Assembly: GCA_964187785.1 (NCBI GenBank)
Contig: OZ076409.1
Coordinates: forward strand, 17,114,001-17,178,000
Direction of reading: 5' to 3'
From: Amphiscolops sp. MND2022
Lineage: Eukaryota
Length of the DNA: 64,000 bases
The position numbers and the translations under genes are program-made. The stretch's first letter is position 1; every line of letters starts with the position of its first letter. Below, piece by piece: positions 22,556 through 34,575 of this stretch. A model generated the notes under the pieces. It saw nothing but the letters and a program-made list of their open reading frames with translations. It ran no database searches and was not told the origin of the DNA.

Positions 22556-23685
22556 TGGTGACAGGAGAAAACGAATCTCCAATCGAAGTTCCTGAGTTTC
22601 TCACGGGACGAATGCCATCCACCAGTCATCTCAACAGATCAAACGATGACTTTCTCCTGCTCGACACGACGATCCCAGCGCAAAAACGACCCGCTCTGGC
22701 ACCAGAACAAGACCCGATCAACAAGCTAGCTGACGTCTTGACAAGTATGCAGAATCGCCCGACAGCCCAGCAACTCACAATCCGCCCAGTCAACTCAAAA
22801 ACTATGACGTTTGACGGCAAAAGTGAGAAGTTCGAGCTGTTTGAAGATTTATTCCTTACGATGATCAAGATGCAGCCTGACATGACGGAACAAATGAAAA
22901 TTAATCATTTTCATTCCTTGCTGAGAAAGAATGCACTCCAAACATTCAGAAACATCAGCACTGCAAATAGACAAACTCTTGAGGACGTACTCGTCATTTT
23001 CAGACGAAAATACGTCAAGCCTGAATCACAGGCAACTGCCAAACATAAATGGCACCGCCTGGTCTTCGATCCTAACACGACCAAATTGCCAGATTTTCTT
23101 GAGGAGCTCAATCAAGGAGCAGAAAAGGCCTTTGGAGACAATGCTCAGAAAATGATTGACAGTCTCCTATATGCCAAACTGCCACCAAAGCTCAAAAGAT
23201 CAGTAAACATGGCTAGACTTGAGAATGGCTCGTACGATGAAATTGCCGCTCATCTAGAAAGAGAACTAGAATTGAATGCACTTGAAGAATCAGAAGACCT
23301 ACCCATGGCGTCAATGACATCATCGGTCACGAAACCAAAAACTGTTCCTTCTAATACACAAATAAGTGATATTACGTGCAATTATTGTAAGGAAAAGGGC
23401 CACATGGTCAAAGATTGTGAAAAATTAAAAAAGAAAAAGGAAAAAGATGCCCAACAAGGCAAAACGACTCAGAAGAAGACCTATCCTAAATGTGGTACTT
23501 GTGGCAAGACGAACCATCCGGAGGAGAGATGTTGGCAAGGGGCAGGTGCGCACCTTAAACCTAAACGCACCAGACCAGAAGACTCGTCGGACAATGACCC
23601 TGACTCCAAAACATTAAAATCGAACTACAGACCAGCATCTTCCAACAGCCAATCCTCATCAAGTAAAGATGAGTCAAAAAACTAG
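21964..23685 (+). CDS. Gag (573 aa), initiating inside the 5' LTR
   Basis: Capsid-like FDGKSEKFELFEDLF region; two Zn knuckles, CNYCKEKGHMVKDC and CGTCGKTNHPEERC; the first ~197 codons lie within the LTR. Confidence 0.92.
   Translation: MPTTRKQKKARKSREAEMLSDIENLDIMLGGNHFDRNERSESVNSNQAGRPESLFGDEFGDENENEFPNPGNNGPSPNTELGQNSIRESSSVEINRLSSELNSRISREMDEMMNSVSVQIQRAINEAISSQILPQIQNSVMAGSGQLTKERWNVPAERPEGYSEVLQNLEPRNNSKSKQANDRLKDGFTSTNSRAYDMVTGENESPIEVPEFLTGRMPSTSHLNRSNDDFLLLDTTIPAQKRPALAPEQDPINKLADVLTSMQNRPTAQQLTIRPVNSKTMTFDGKSEKFELFEDLFLTMIKMQPDMTEQMKINHFHSLLRKNALQTFRNISTANRQTLEDVLVIFRRKYVKPESQATAKHKWHRLVFDPNTTKLPDFLEELNQGAEKAFGDNAQKMIDSLLYAKLPPKLKRSVNMARLENGSYDEIAAHLERELELNALEESEDLPMASMTSSVTKPKTVPSNTQISDITCNYCKEKGHMVKDCEKLKKKKEKDAQQGKTTQKKTYPKCGTCGKTNHPEERCWQGAGAHLKPKRTRPEDSSDNDPDSKTLKSNYRPASSNSQSSSSKDESKN
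23676..23682 (+). promoter_or_regulatory. -1 ribosomal frameshift slippery site A AAA AAC (gag to pol)
   Basis: X XXY YYZ heptamer directly before the gag TAG; the -1 frame is open and in frame with the pol ORF at 23784. Confidence 0.8.
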
Positions 23686-26600
23686 CTTCGCCACGACTCC
23701 ACTATGACCAACTAGTCTCTGTCCGACAATACATCAAATCGGACCCTCCAACTAAAAACTTTCATAACTATCAGCAACAATTAATGGGCTATCCTTCTGT
23801 TGTCTGGCAGCAGCAGATGGAAAAAGCTACCATTATTACTTACAATAATACCCATTTGTTCCAGAAACCAATTCCTGTATGGGATCCTGATTACACATCT
23901 GCTTTCAATAGCCGATTCAGGCCCATTCCCTTGGTAGACGATTACAACCCTACCTACATAGACCCCGATTATGGACGAGATCCCTATTGGGACACGGAAC
24001 TCTACAACCAAGATCTGCTACAATTCCAATACGTCATTGATGATATCGAACTCTACAATAAATCAGCCCATGAAAATCCTCCAATCACACACAACAAGAA
24101 AACTAGAGCATTGATTGAAACCTGGCAAATGAATGATGGCACAAGCCATCCGGTGTTCCCAAATCCCCTGGGGACCGAGACTACCGAAAACATGGAAGAA
24201 ACAGTCCCACAGTCGCTATTAGAAGAAAGTCAGTTCCAAAACGTTCTTATTACCAGAGATGGTGAACCGGACTGCATACCCCTGCCCACCAACATAAATC
24301 TGAAATGCAAGAAACGCATGCTATATTTCCCCATGGATTTTGGGGAATTGACCATAGACGGACTTACCGACACTGGTGCATTATCCAGTGCAATCCCAGA
24401 GATGGACCTCCGGAAAATCAGACTCTTATCGCCACAATCAGTAATCCGGGAAGGTCCGCCTCCAAACTTCCAGATAATGGTCGCAAATGGGCAACTAGAG
24501 ACTCCCAAGAGTACAATAGAGCTCAAATTCGAAGTTGGTGACATAGAGTTCCATGAAATTTTTATAGTAATGGAACACTTAACAGGACCGATTATAGGAC
24601 TGATGTTTCTACAGAGAAATCATACAGTACTGGACATGAGACAAGGAATACTGAACTTTCCGTTCTTTTCAATGCAGCTCAAAACAGCTGATCATAAATA
24701 CTCGAACGTGCTAGAGCCAATTCTAAACCCTACTGAAATAACCATTCCGCCAAACGACAGAGTCCTGATTAGGACCAATTCCTTATTATACCCTGAAAAC
24801 ACGGTCACAGGAATTTTGCAACCGAGCGACCTTCTCCATGAAGAAGGCGACATCACATTCTGTCCAGCCTTGGTCACCTTGAATGACGGCAATATATTGA
24901 TACCAGTGAATAACTTCACAGACCACCCTTACAAGCTCAAAAAGGGACTCCATATTGCTAGTTTTTCAGTCATGACGCCAGAACAAATGAAATATGTCAA
25001 ACCGGTAGACCCGGCATCAACCTGGCATTTGTTGCAAAACGACCAAGAGCAAGCAGCCCATTACGTCAGTAGCCTGATCAAGATGAACAAAAATTCACAA
25101 AACTCCGAAAACTACTGGTTCCCAACTCCGGAAAATCCAGGGAATCCAGAAGAACACACTCCAATCCAGAAAAGAATCCTCCGCGAACTACAAGCCCTAC
25201 AGGACCTAGAATCCCTTGATCCCACGAAAGACGAGGAATCTAGGGAAAAATTCTTGGGAAATTTTGATTGGAAAGACTCCACCCTAACCCTGGAAGAGAA
25301 AGCCAAAATTGAAGAATTGCTAGTGGAATTTCACGACATTTTTGCGAGACACAGATTTGATATAGGCATGAATGAGGAATTCAAGGTGAAATTGACGCCT
25401 AAGGACAATTCCCCAGCCTATAGCCAAAGCCTCCCTGCGCCAATAAACTTGAAAGGGGACATATTAGTCGAATTAGCCATGCTCCATAAATATGGCATAA
25501 TAACTACTTTACCGTTCTCGAAATACGCCAGCCCAATATTCGCGCAAAAGAAACCAAACGGGAAACTGAGACTTCTGGTTGACTTGAGAAAAATCAACAA
25601 CCTAATCTCTGATGATTATATAAACAATAACCACCCAGTCAGTACCTTAGTTGATGCCGCTCAACACTTAGCGGGGAAAAAACTGTTCTGTAAATTAGAC
25701 TGTTCACAGGCATACCACTGCCTGCCGATGGCTGACCAGCGATCAATTGAAATGTTGGCCTTCAATTTCGCCAGCCGCACATTTGCCTACAGACGATTGG
25801 CACAAGGCCTTAGTAGGGCGCTGTCCGCATTCTCCAGTTTCATGAGGGAATACCTCGACAAAGTCATAAAAGCGGATCAGTGTGCCCAGTACGTGGACGA
25901 TATCGGCATCGCAGCCAACGACGCCGACCATCTCATTGCTAACCTAAGAGCAACTTTCAAATGCATTCAGGAAGCAGGCCTTAAATTGACGATGCACAAG
26001 TGTCATTTTGGTGCCACAGAAATTGATTTCCTCGGACGAACGATTACTCCACAAGGCGTCAAACCCCAACGGCAGAACTTTCAGAATTTTCTAGAAAAAA
26101 CCAAATTTCCAAAGTCGAAAAAGGCTCTGCAAAGATATTTGGGTTTCCTGAAATACTACCGAAACTACGTCCCAAGACTGTCCGAACGCCTTGCTCCATT
26201 CTACAAGATGCTGAAAAATGACGAAAAAGTCCTAGTATCAAGAGAATTGGTACAGCAATTTGAGTAAATCAACCGAGCTCTGGACAAATGTTGCGACTTA
26301 GCCTTACAACAACCCATTCCTAACAAGCAGATTGCACTCATGACAGATGCAAGTTTCGGAGCTGCAGGATACGCAGTACTCTTTGAAGATGATCCGAGTC
26401 AGAAATTCACGTCAATCCGCAAATCATATGCCCCGGTCGCTTATGGTTCAAAAACCTTCACCCCAGCCCAGATAAAGATGTCAATTTATGCAAAAGAATT
26501 TCTTGCGATTTATTTCGCATTCAAAGAATTTGGGCATATTTTTTGGGGAGCGCCGAAACCGGTCATAATCCTAACCGACAACAAAGCCGTAACAAGATTC

Positions 26601-28894
26601 TTTCAGACGAAAATCGTACCCCCAGCCCTGTGGAATGCGTGCGACTATGTAATTCAGTTCAATTTTGTCATTGCGCACATCCCAGGAGCACAGAATACGG
26701 CAGCGGATTACTTGTCCCGATTGGAAGCAGACCCAAAGGACAAATTAGTAATGAAAATCCGAGAAGATGTACAAACGTTGCCAATAGAAATAAACGTCCA
26801 ATCAGCAGGAGTCTCACAGGAAGAGCAAATCTTCTACACCAACGACGACGATGAGACTGAAGAACAATATTGGGCGAGGAAAGAAGCAATCAGGAAAAAT
26901 CCTGTAATCGAAGACCCTACAGTTACAATACAAACTCTTTCCACTAACCTAGCCAAACAACAACCTTAAATACAAATCCGATTGAGGAAAACAAACCAGA
27001 TAATTATTGAGCAATCCAAGGATGCAGTATTACAACAATTGAAGGCGAAACTCCTTCATGAAGATTACTCAGAAAACATACTGCAACAGGACGCTCGGTA
27101 CAGGCATTATGCTAACAATCTGGAACGAATTGTCATCAAAGAAGACATCCTCACAAGGCAATATTTTGATGAAACAGGGAATGTAAAGTACCACCAAATC
27201 CTTCTCCCGCAACATTTGCTGCAGGAATTACTCCAGTCCTTACACGGGACAGCTCACAAGCATCCGGGTATTTCAAAAATGCTGCAGGAGATCAGACAGA
27301 GGTATTACTACCCTAACATGGCGAAATATGTTAAAAAGTGGGTAGAAGGGTGCGAACAATGCGCAAAGGACAAACGAGTCCCAAATGCAACAATCACGCC
27401 CGAGCTACTTAACTTGCCGGAATGGGACCTTGGACCCGAAGACGCAATGCAAATTGACTTATTGCCGAACCTTCCCCCAAGTGGAGGATATGAAAATGTA
27501 TTAACCGCGATTGATGTCTTTTCTCGATATTTGTTTGCATATCCGCTCACAGATGCATCAGCGATCAATGTAGCCAAAGCACTCATTGATATTATGACCA
27601 AACATTCCTACTTACCGACGACGCTCATTACGGACAAAGGAACTGCCTTCACTTCCACGATTATTGCAGAAATTACCCAAATTTTAGGAATTACCCTAAA
27701 ATGTGCAACAACAAAGCACCCGCAAACTATCGGGAAATTGGAGCGCACACATGCCTCATTGAAAACAAACTTGAAAATGGCATGTGGGGAATATCGCCGA
27801 CAATGGCACAAATACTTGCCATTAGCAGTTCTGAATCACAATACTAGCTATCATGCCAGTATAGGATGTGAACCGACAAGAGTATTCCATGGAAGAATCC
27901 CATACAACATCTTGGATCACAAGCTTGGAACAAATCCAAACGAGCAAATCCATCCGACTACTGAGTTCGCAGAAGAAATCCAAAATCGGACAAAGCTCCT
28001 TATCGACAAGACGAAGCAAAACATCATGCAGTCATATATCAAATATAAGGAGTATTACGATCGAAAAGCCAAAGCCGCCCCACTCAAGGAGGGCGATTAC
28101 TGTTTTGTATTACAGCCAAAAGCGGACCACCAAGGATCCAAAATTCCCTTCAGAGATTATCGATGGGTTGGACCATTCATAGTCCAGAAAGCTTTACCTA
28201 ATGAGAACTACATCGTCCGCAGACTTAATACGAATAAAACGCAGATCTTGCATCGAATTCGTCTCAAAAAGTTCGTTCCTAATCAGCCGCTCGAGGACAA
28301 TTATCGAGAAGAGAGATTGCAGCTGGACGAAGGCATAATCATTCCACAGGACGACTTATACGTAATAACGTGGGACACAAATTTTGGCGAACAGCTAGCC
28401 ACAGGAGGCAGCGAGCCGATTCCGGCTAGCTTGACGAATGGCGAACAGCCGAACACGGCACAAGCGAATACAAGTGATGCAAGCGAGAATGGAAGTGATT
28501 ACATAATCACGACTGAGTGTCCGAATGACGTCAACGACGCACCACGCAGTAGAAATGAAGAAATGGAAAATGACGTCAGCAATGCTAATGAAGCTAATGA
28601 AGCCAATGAAAATGAAAACCCTGATTGGCCAAATCCGGCCGTTCCCCCAAAGAATCAAGAAAAATCTCTGCCGAATACGGCTGAAGGATTGAAAAATGAC
28701 TTTCCAGAAACTTTCCAGAAAGAAATCCGATCAATGAAAACGATGCACAAAAGTCTCCAAAAAGGGGGGACGATATTATCGTGCCCGAAATATCAAAAAA
28801 TGATGCTAGAAATGAAAGTCTGAGTCCTAGAGGAGGGAAATATAATCTCAGGCCTAATCCTAATCCAAACTATTCAGAAGACTTCAGATACTAA
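23682..28894 (+). pseudogene. Pol (protease, dUTPase-like segment, RT, RNase H, integrase), disrupted
   Basis: LTDTGA, QYVDDI, TDAS, H..HKHPG...CEQC, QID/TDKG/LER. In-frame TAA at 26265-26267 and 26967-26969. An 11-bp tandem duplication (28699-28720) shifts the C-terminus, which otherwise ends GKYNLRPNPNPNYSEDFRY* at 28894. Confidence 0.93.
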
Positions 28895-29121
28895 GAATTG
28901 AATTTTCCCGGAAATGGGAATTCTTTTCTTTTAGCTTTGTTTTTCCAAGCCCCTCTGAGAACTTCTTTTGAATAAATACTGGGGCATTCCAAAGGATCCC
29001 TAATAAAGAATAAATATGGGATCAAATCATCAAGAAAACAAAGTAGAGATATAAATACGGCAATAAAACAGAAGAAATTAACAAGTTTACAACACGGAAG
29101 TACATAAATACATATGTACAT

Positions 29122-32100
29122 TTACTCATTAGAACTTGATTGGGGTCGTCTACCCGCTGTTGGAGAACTGGAAAATCCAACAAGGCTGCTGCTCTGACGT
29201 TTCCTTTTCGTCTTACTGGGGACCTTCAGGGCGGAACCATCAACAACTGATGAGGCATCGTCAGGGGACATCCGGACCGTGCCTGTCTTCGGACCAGAGA
29301 TGACAGACTTATAAGTGTTCAGCAGAGACTTGAAAATAATTGAACGACCAAAAGAATCTACGTAGGCCCAAGGGTCATACTCTGGACTGAACGCAGACCT
29401 ATCGTAGTCACTTGAAAGCAGAGAGAACTTACTCAAACATTGATCGCTGACACAATGTGAAATTGACCCAGGAACATTAACAAGATAACTCTGCCCAGGG
29501 AGAATAACATCGGTAGACCGACCTTGATGATCGTTGGTATCAATACTACCAATCGTAACGACAGGAAGCTGAGAACTGGGGCTAGTGATACACAAACAGC
29601 ATAACTTGAAGAGGTAGAGTAAATGAGTCCGCTTCTGTAGGAATTCAAGCCCCATGAGGAAATCAATCAAATCCTGAGACTCACTGAGGAGGGTGAAGTC
29701 GGCAGAATGGGATACGCGCAAATGATCTATGAGCCCTAAATACTCATCTCGATAAATGAACTCAGCATCACCGGTTACCCAAGAACGAAGTTGGAATGTA
29801 TTGTAGAGCAACTCGAAGTGACGTAAAGCAGAAGCAGGTGGTTGTTTGAATAACACAACAGGATCGAAAGCAGCAAGTCCTTTGATGATGTGGGTGTTGA
29901 GCCCAGCTTGCTTGTGTAATCCATCCAAAAGGTGGCCTATATACTTGAGTCCGTCTGTGATGAACTCCTCCTGAAGTTCTTTGGCAGTCTTTTGAATAGC
30001 AGCCGCTTCGCTCTTCTTGCCCGAATGCAACCCCTCTGCCCTCTGTTTGCAAGCGTGAGGAACTTTACTGGACAATCTGAGCCTGGTAAGGAAGTCGTCT
30101 CCGTCCATAAGGGTCCCGTCTGCTGATTTGAAAGAGAGCAAATCGAACCAGGAATCTTCGGAAGGGATTGTGTCCGCAGTGAATGCTCGAGAACAAATCC
30201 GATGTATGAAGCGGCTTGTCTCTCCACATACATAGAATGAGGCATCGCGGCGTTGGGCAAAGTTGACAGAGAAACTGGATACGTCTACAAATACAAAACC
30301 ATGCCTAAAATGGGATACTACCTCAACTTCTATACCTAACAATAGGTATACTAACAATCGTTGACCAGCTTGGAGAAGAAATCCAACTTGATGGTGAAAA
30401 ACTCATCACAAATGAGTGACCACTCGAAACTTTGCACCTGCAACAAAGAAATCAACTCAATGGGCATTTGGTTGTCAGACCAAAGATGATCCACTACGGG
30501 GATTTAGGGATACTGTACATAGTGGTGCTACATGACAATTAAAGGGACGCAATTACTTACTCTACCCCTCACGCCTTGTCCTTGTTGTCGAGGTGCATGT
30601 ATTGTCAAAAACCTCTGTACAGCCTTCCATTCACGAATGAGTTCCAGACAGAGGACTGGCAAAGTCAATAGGTTCAACTTGCAGGTTCGTATACCCTAAA
30701 CAAGACCTATGGTGTACTTACTGTATCAATATCACTGATCCATAGCCCTCCACAACCTGAACCCGATCAATACCCTACAGAAACCCGGATCATGCCTGTT
30801 CAGAGAAGAAAGAAATCACTTACGTTGGATAATTCGGGACTCCGCATCGCCCATTCCTCCCTGAGAGAGCCTCCTAGAGAGATGACAAGCCCCCTTAACA
30901 CTGAAAAGAAATCAATGTGTCCGAAGATAGAGCGACTGGACTTATGCATCAGAGTCTCTAAGGAAAATTGGCTGAATCGGAAACAGGACTGGACTCCCTT
31001 TGAGAAGTAATCCGATTGATCAACCACACGGATAAAATCGGCGGGACACCCAGAACTGGCGACTATGTCAACTTTAGGCGAAATTGAGGACAACAACCGA
31101 GCAAGGGATCCCAATTCCCCGTTTAGATTTGGAGAAGGTAGCCCACTCCGACAGATGAAGACCCTGCATAGGGTGTTTTCCTTCCAAAACCGGACTGACA
31201 TGAAGCGATAACTGCCCACGTCCTCGAACTCGAGCCCAAGGCATTGCTCCTTTGTGGTGTGATTGGCTATGTCATCCAGAGCACAATTGAAGAAGTGTTG
31301 GAAAATGACCTGAAAAGGACATAAGGGAAATCAACTCCTGGGTGTGACATAACCGCCTAAAACGGCAGCTTAACGATATGATACTTACAGAGAATCGCTC
31401 TGCACTCCAGTCAAAGTCACATAGTGCAGCCTGAAAGTCCGTGTATGAACTGACTCTCGTCCATAGATTCCGGAGAAGATGTAAATCACCGTGACTTTGG
31501 AGGAAATCAGCCGTAACACACAATTGGGTCCGTGCTCGCGAATCAGGCGTGACCAAGGGATCAGTTCTGCCTTTGATGAAGTCGTCATAAAAGGGGAATC
31601 GCTCCCCTATGTCAACTAATTCAGCATGTATGAAGCGAGGCATTTCTTTGGCCAACTCGAGCCTGTTCAGGATTCGACCGTCTCGCCCTCTGACCCTATG
31701 TTGAACTTTCCCTGTGACTGGGTCTACGCTTTTCAAGTATTCATAGCGCCAGCGCTGGTCCTTGCGCAGATGTTTCTCAGTTCGGTGGTGACGAAGAATT
31801 TCCTCCGGGCCTTTGGAACGTATGGAGAAATTCTTTTTACTAATATGGCACCATACCATATGTGAATTGTGTAGAGGGTCTGCAGGTCATGAGATAAAAG
31901 ACCGGGTCCACCCAATTTTTGAGAAAAACTCTTCTCTCATTGGCACTCCTCGTCTCTTCACCCTTTTCTTCTTCTGAGGTTGTTTCTTCTTAGAGCCTGT
32001 ATGGGTCTTTTCAGCAATGGCGTGATCCCTTACTTGCGACAAAGTTTCATCGAGACAATTGGCATCACTGGTATCAGGATTTTCCAGAGATCGACTAGAA

Positions 32101-33563
32101 GGCCCCGGTACTTCACTCGGATCCTTAGGCATGGAAGTTCCTGCTCTGGCAAAGTTTTGCTCAATTAAAGCTAACTCCCCTGCACTGTCCGATTCCTCAT
32201 GAAAGGACGTGTCACCTGATTCAGTTCCTCCACTCATTTCTGCGTCAGCCTGAGAATCATAGCGGACTGGGGTAGTGCACCCTTCGGAGCCACTATCTCC
32301 ACTGCTTGAAGGATAAGGCGTATGTGCGCGTCTGAAAGTTTTGAATTGATCAGTCCGTGACTTGGACGTCGCTGGGGCTCCTTTCACTGCCGATACAACC
32401 ATATGCTCCATCGTGTTATAAGACAAACTCACAGTCTCATTGGTGAGCACCCTAAGGAGGTGGTACAACTTCGGTTCAGTAAGTGTTATTACGGGGTGGC
32501 CCTGCGGCAAAGTAATGGGCTTGGCTTCTCCAAAATACTGTTTCAAAGTGGCTCTACTCCTTCCAGACAGGTTATGTAACTTGGGACCAGTGACCCCAAG
32601 CTGGGAGGAGGAAGTCCCAGGGACCTGTGGGTCCTGGATGCCAAAATCGGATTCCTGCGTCTCTTCTGCAACTGAGTCCATGCTTCTCAATGTGTCCCGG
32701 TAACCATACAAATCTATCTGTTGATCACTACTCTCGTTCAACTGGTCCAACTCACCATAGTCAGAGACGTATGTCGTCGCTGTGACTGTTCCAGGCAACG
32801 GGGGGGCATCGTGGACAGAGGAACTGTTGTCTTCGTCTTGCTGGAGGAATGACACCTTACTTGTCTCATTGGGGACTCCTTCAACAGGCAGCAATTCCGG
32901 CAAGGTTGCATCAGGAGGCCCAGCAATCTCAAGCCCTGATTCCAATTGAGACAAACTAACTGTGGGGACTGCGCAACTGGCGTGGGGTATTGGAGTGCTA
33001 GACCGAGTGATTGGCATGTCTGCAGACAACTCAGTGCCGTGGGAGGCCTTCATTGCGCCCTCTCGCCTAACTTCTACTATTTCTTCCACTATCTCGTTAG
33101 ACAACTGCGTTTTCTGCATATGTTCGACCATCTCGTCTGCATACGCCGTAACGTCAATGTTACTGTCTACGCTATGTGGGGAGATGACCTCAGCAACTTG
33201 ATCCTGGCCCGAACGTTCAGATGATTGGGAATTGGAATTGAGTCCTTGAGACCCAACTGATGGACCTACTAGTGGGGGTAGGATCCTGGTAATCTGGGAA
33301 GAAGAAACCAATGGGAGAAATGGAGGGGGAGAAGGAACCAAGTTTCGAGTTGTACCCGGAACGGGAACGGAATTCATGGATGAAATAACTTCGATGGGAT
33401 TGGCGGAAGCAGGGTTGGTTGGTGTATGAGAATCATCTAAATTCTGGCGATCTAAACAGAAAGAGATGAAATTTGGCGGTATGCTTCCTCGATAGAAATC
33501 CATTTGCCGCGTCAGAAGACTTCCGGAAGCAGTCTTGAAAATTTGAATGAAACGTGCTATCAC
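29122..33563 (-). CDS. Antisense spliced accessory gene (~1,350 codons): disordered N-terminus, basic NLS-like patch, Zn finger, hAT-transposase-like body; one nonsense codon in this copy
   Basis: Exons 33563-31389, 31309-30824, 30695-30561, 30437-30356 and 30284-29122, joined by GT-AG introns of 79, 128, 123 and 71 bp, give one frame. Internal TGA at 31889-31887. The true start and the exon 3 acceptor are uncertain. Confidence 0.75.
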
Positions 33564-34575
33564 GTGTTCTCTGATGGAAACAGGAAGCGCTTAATGAACG
33601 AAATTTAGCCCTGATCAAGCCAAGTTAGTTCAAAATAAAAATCCAGACCAACCTGTATTCGAAGACATCCTGCTGAGATAATTGAATCCACTGAGGATCT
33701 GCCCAAATTCGGATGAGAAAATTGGGGATGATGGCCGGACTCGGACAACAGATGGGGAGGGGGCTCGGATGGCTACGGAGAATGAAGGAGAAGTCCACAA
33801 CTGTTATGGAGCCCCAGGTAGATAAAAGGACTAGCAAATGGTATAAGAATCGAGTATAAAGGAATTCGAATGGTAATGGTAGTACAAATGAAATAAATAA
33901 ACAATGGAAGAAATGAAAGTTGGAGATCGTGGCTGAAGGTTCACCAGACTAATATTATTTGATTATCTACATATTTAAATCTGTACACGGAGTCTGCCAG
34001 CGAAATGTGCAGGGCGTATCTCGCTATTTACAACCTTGTTACAATTAATGGCCGATTATGGCCGTTAACCCCAACTTATGTTGCCGTTTTGTTCAGTTTT
34101 CCTAGTTACCTTAGTTAGATTTTCGCCACTTCAGTTATTCAAAATTATTATTTTCCGTCATCTTCATTATTCATTTTTTCAAATTTATCGAAGCTCAAAT
34201 TTGATTGGCTGAAGCCATTTCAGTGAGTTTCATCCGACAAGTGCCGTTAATTGCTATCAAGCTTGATGTTGATTACCCACTTGAAGTGGAATTATTTGTT
34301 GTTGTCAACTTAACACCTCTTCGCATACTCACTTGAGAGAGTGAGAAATGGGGGTTCCATTCCGAATTTCAAAGGATAAATAAGCCGCTGAGAAATTCCA
34401 TTTTAGAAAGTTTACGACGGATCAGGGCGATTGACCATGGTCTCTCCCGCCGAAATGGAACTCCGGGAAAATAGCCTGAATTGGCCTGAAGAAAAATTTG
34501 ACAAATTCATTCAACTTTGAATCCTGCAAGCAACAAGTCGCTCTGCGAATCAACAAAATTGCAAAAAAGATAATA

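Noticed and set aside
30722..30756. Extra micro-exon in the antisense gene (GTAAGT donor at 30721)
   Set aside because: Including it breaks the frame with the acceptors I tried; skipping it gives a continuous ORF. It could still be an alternative site.
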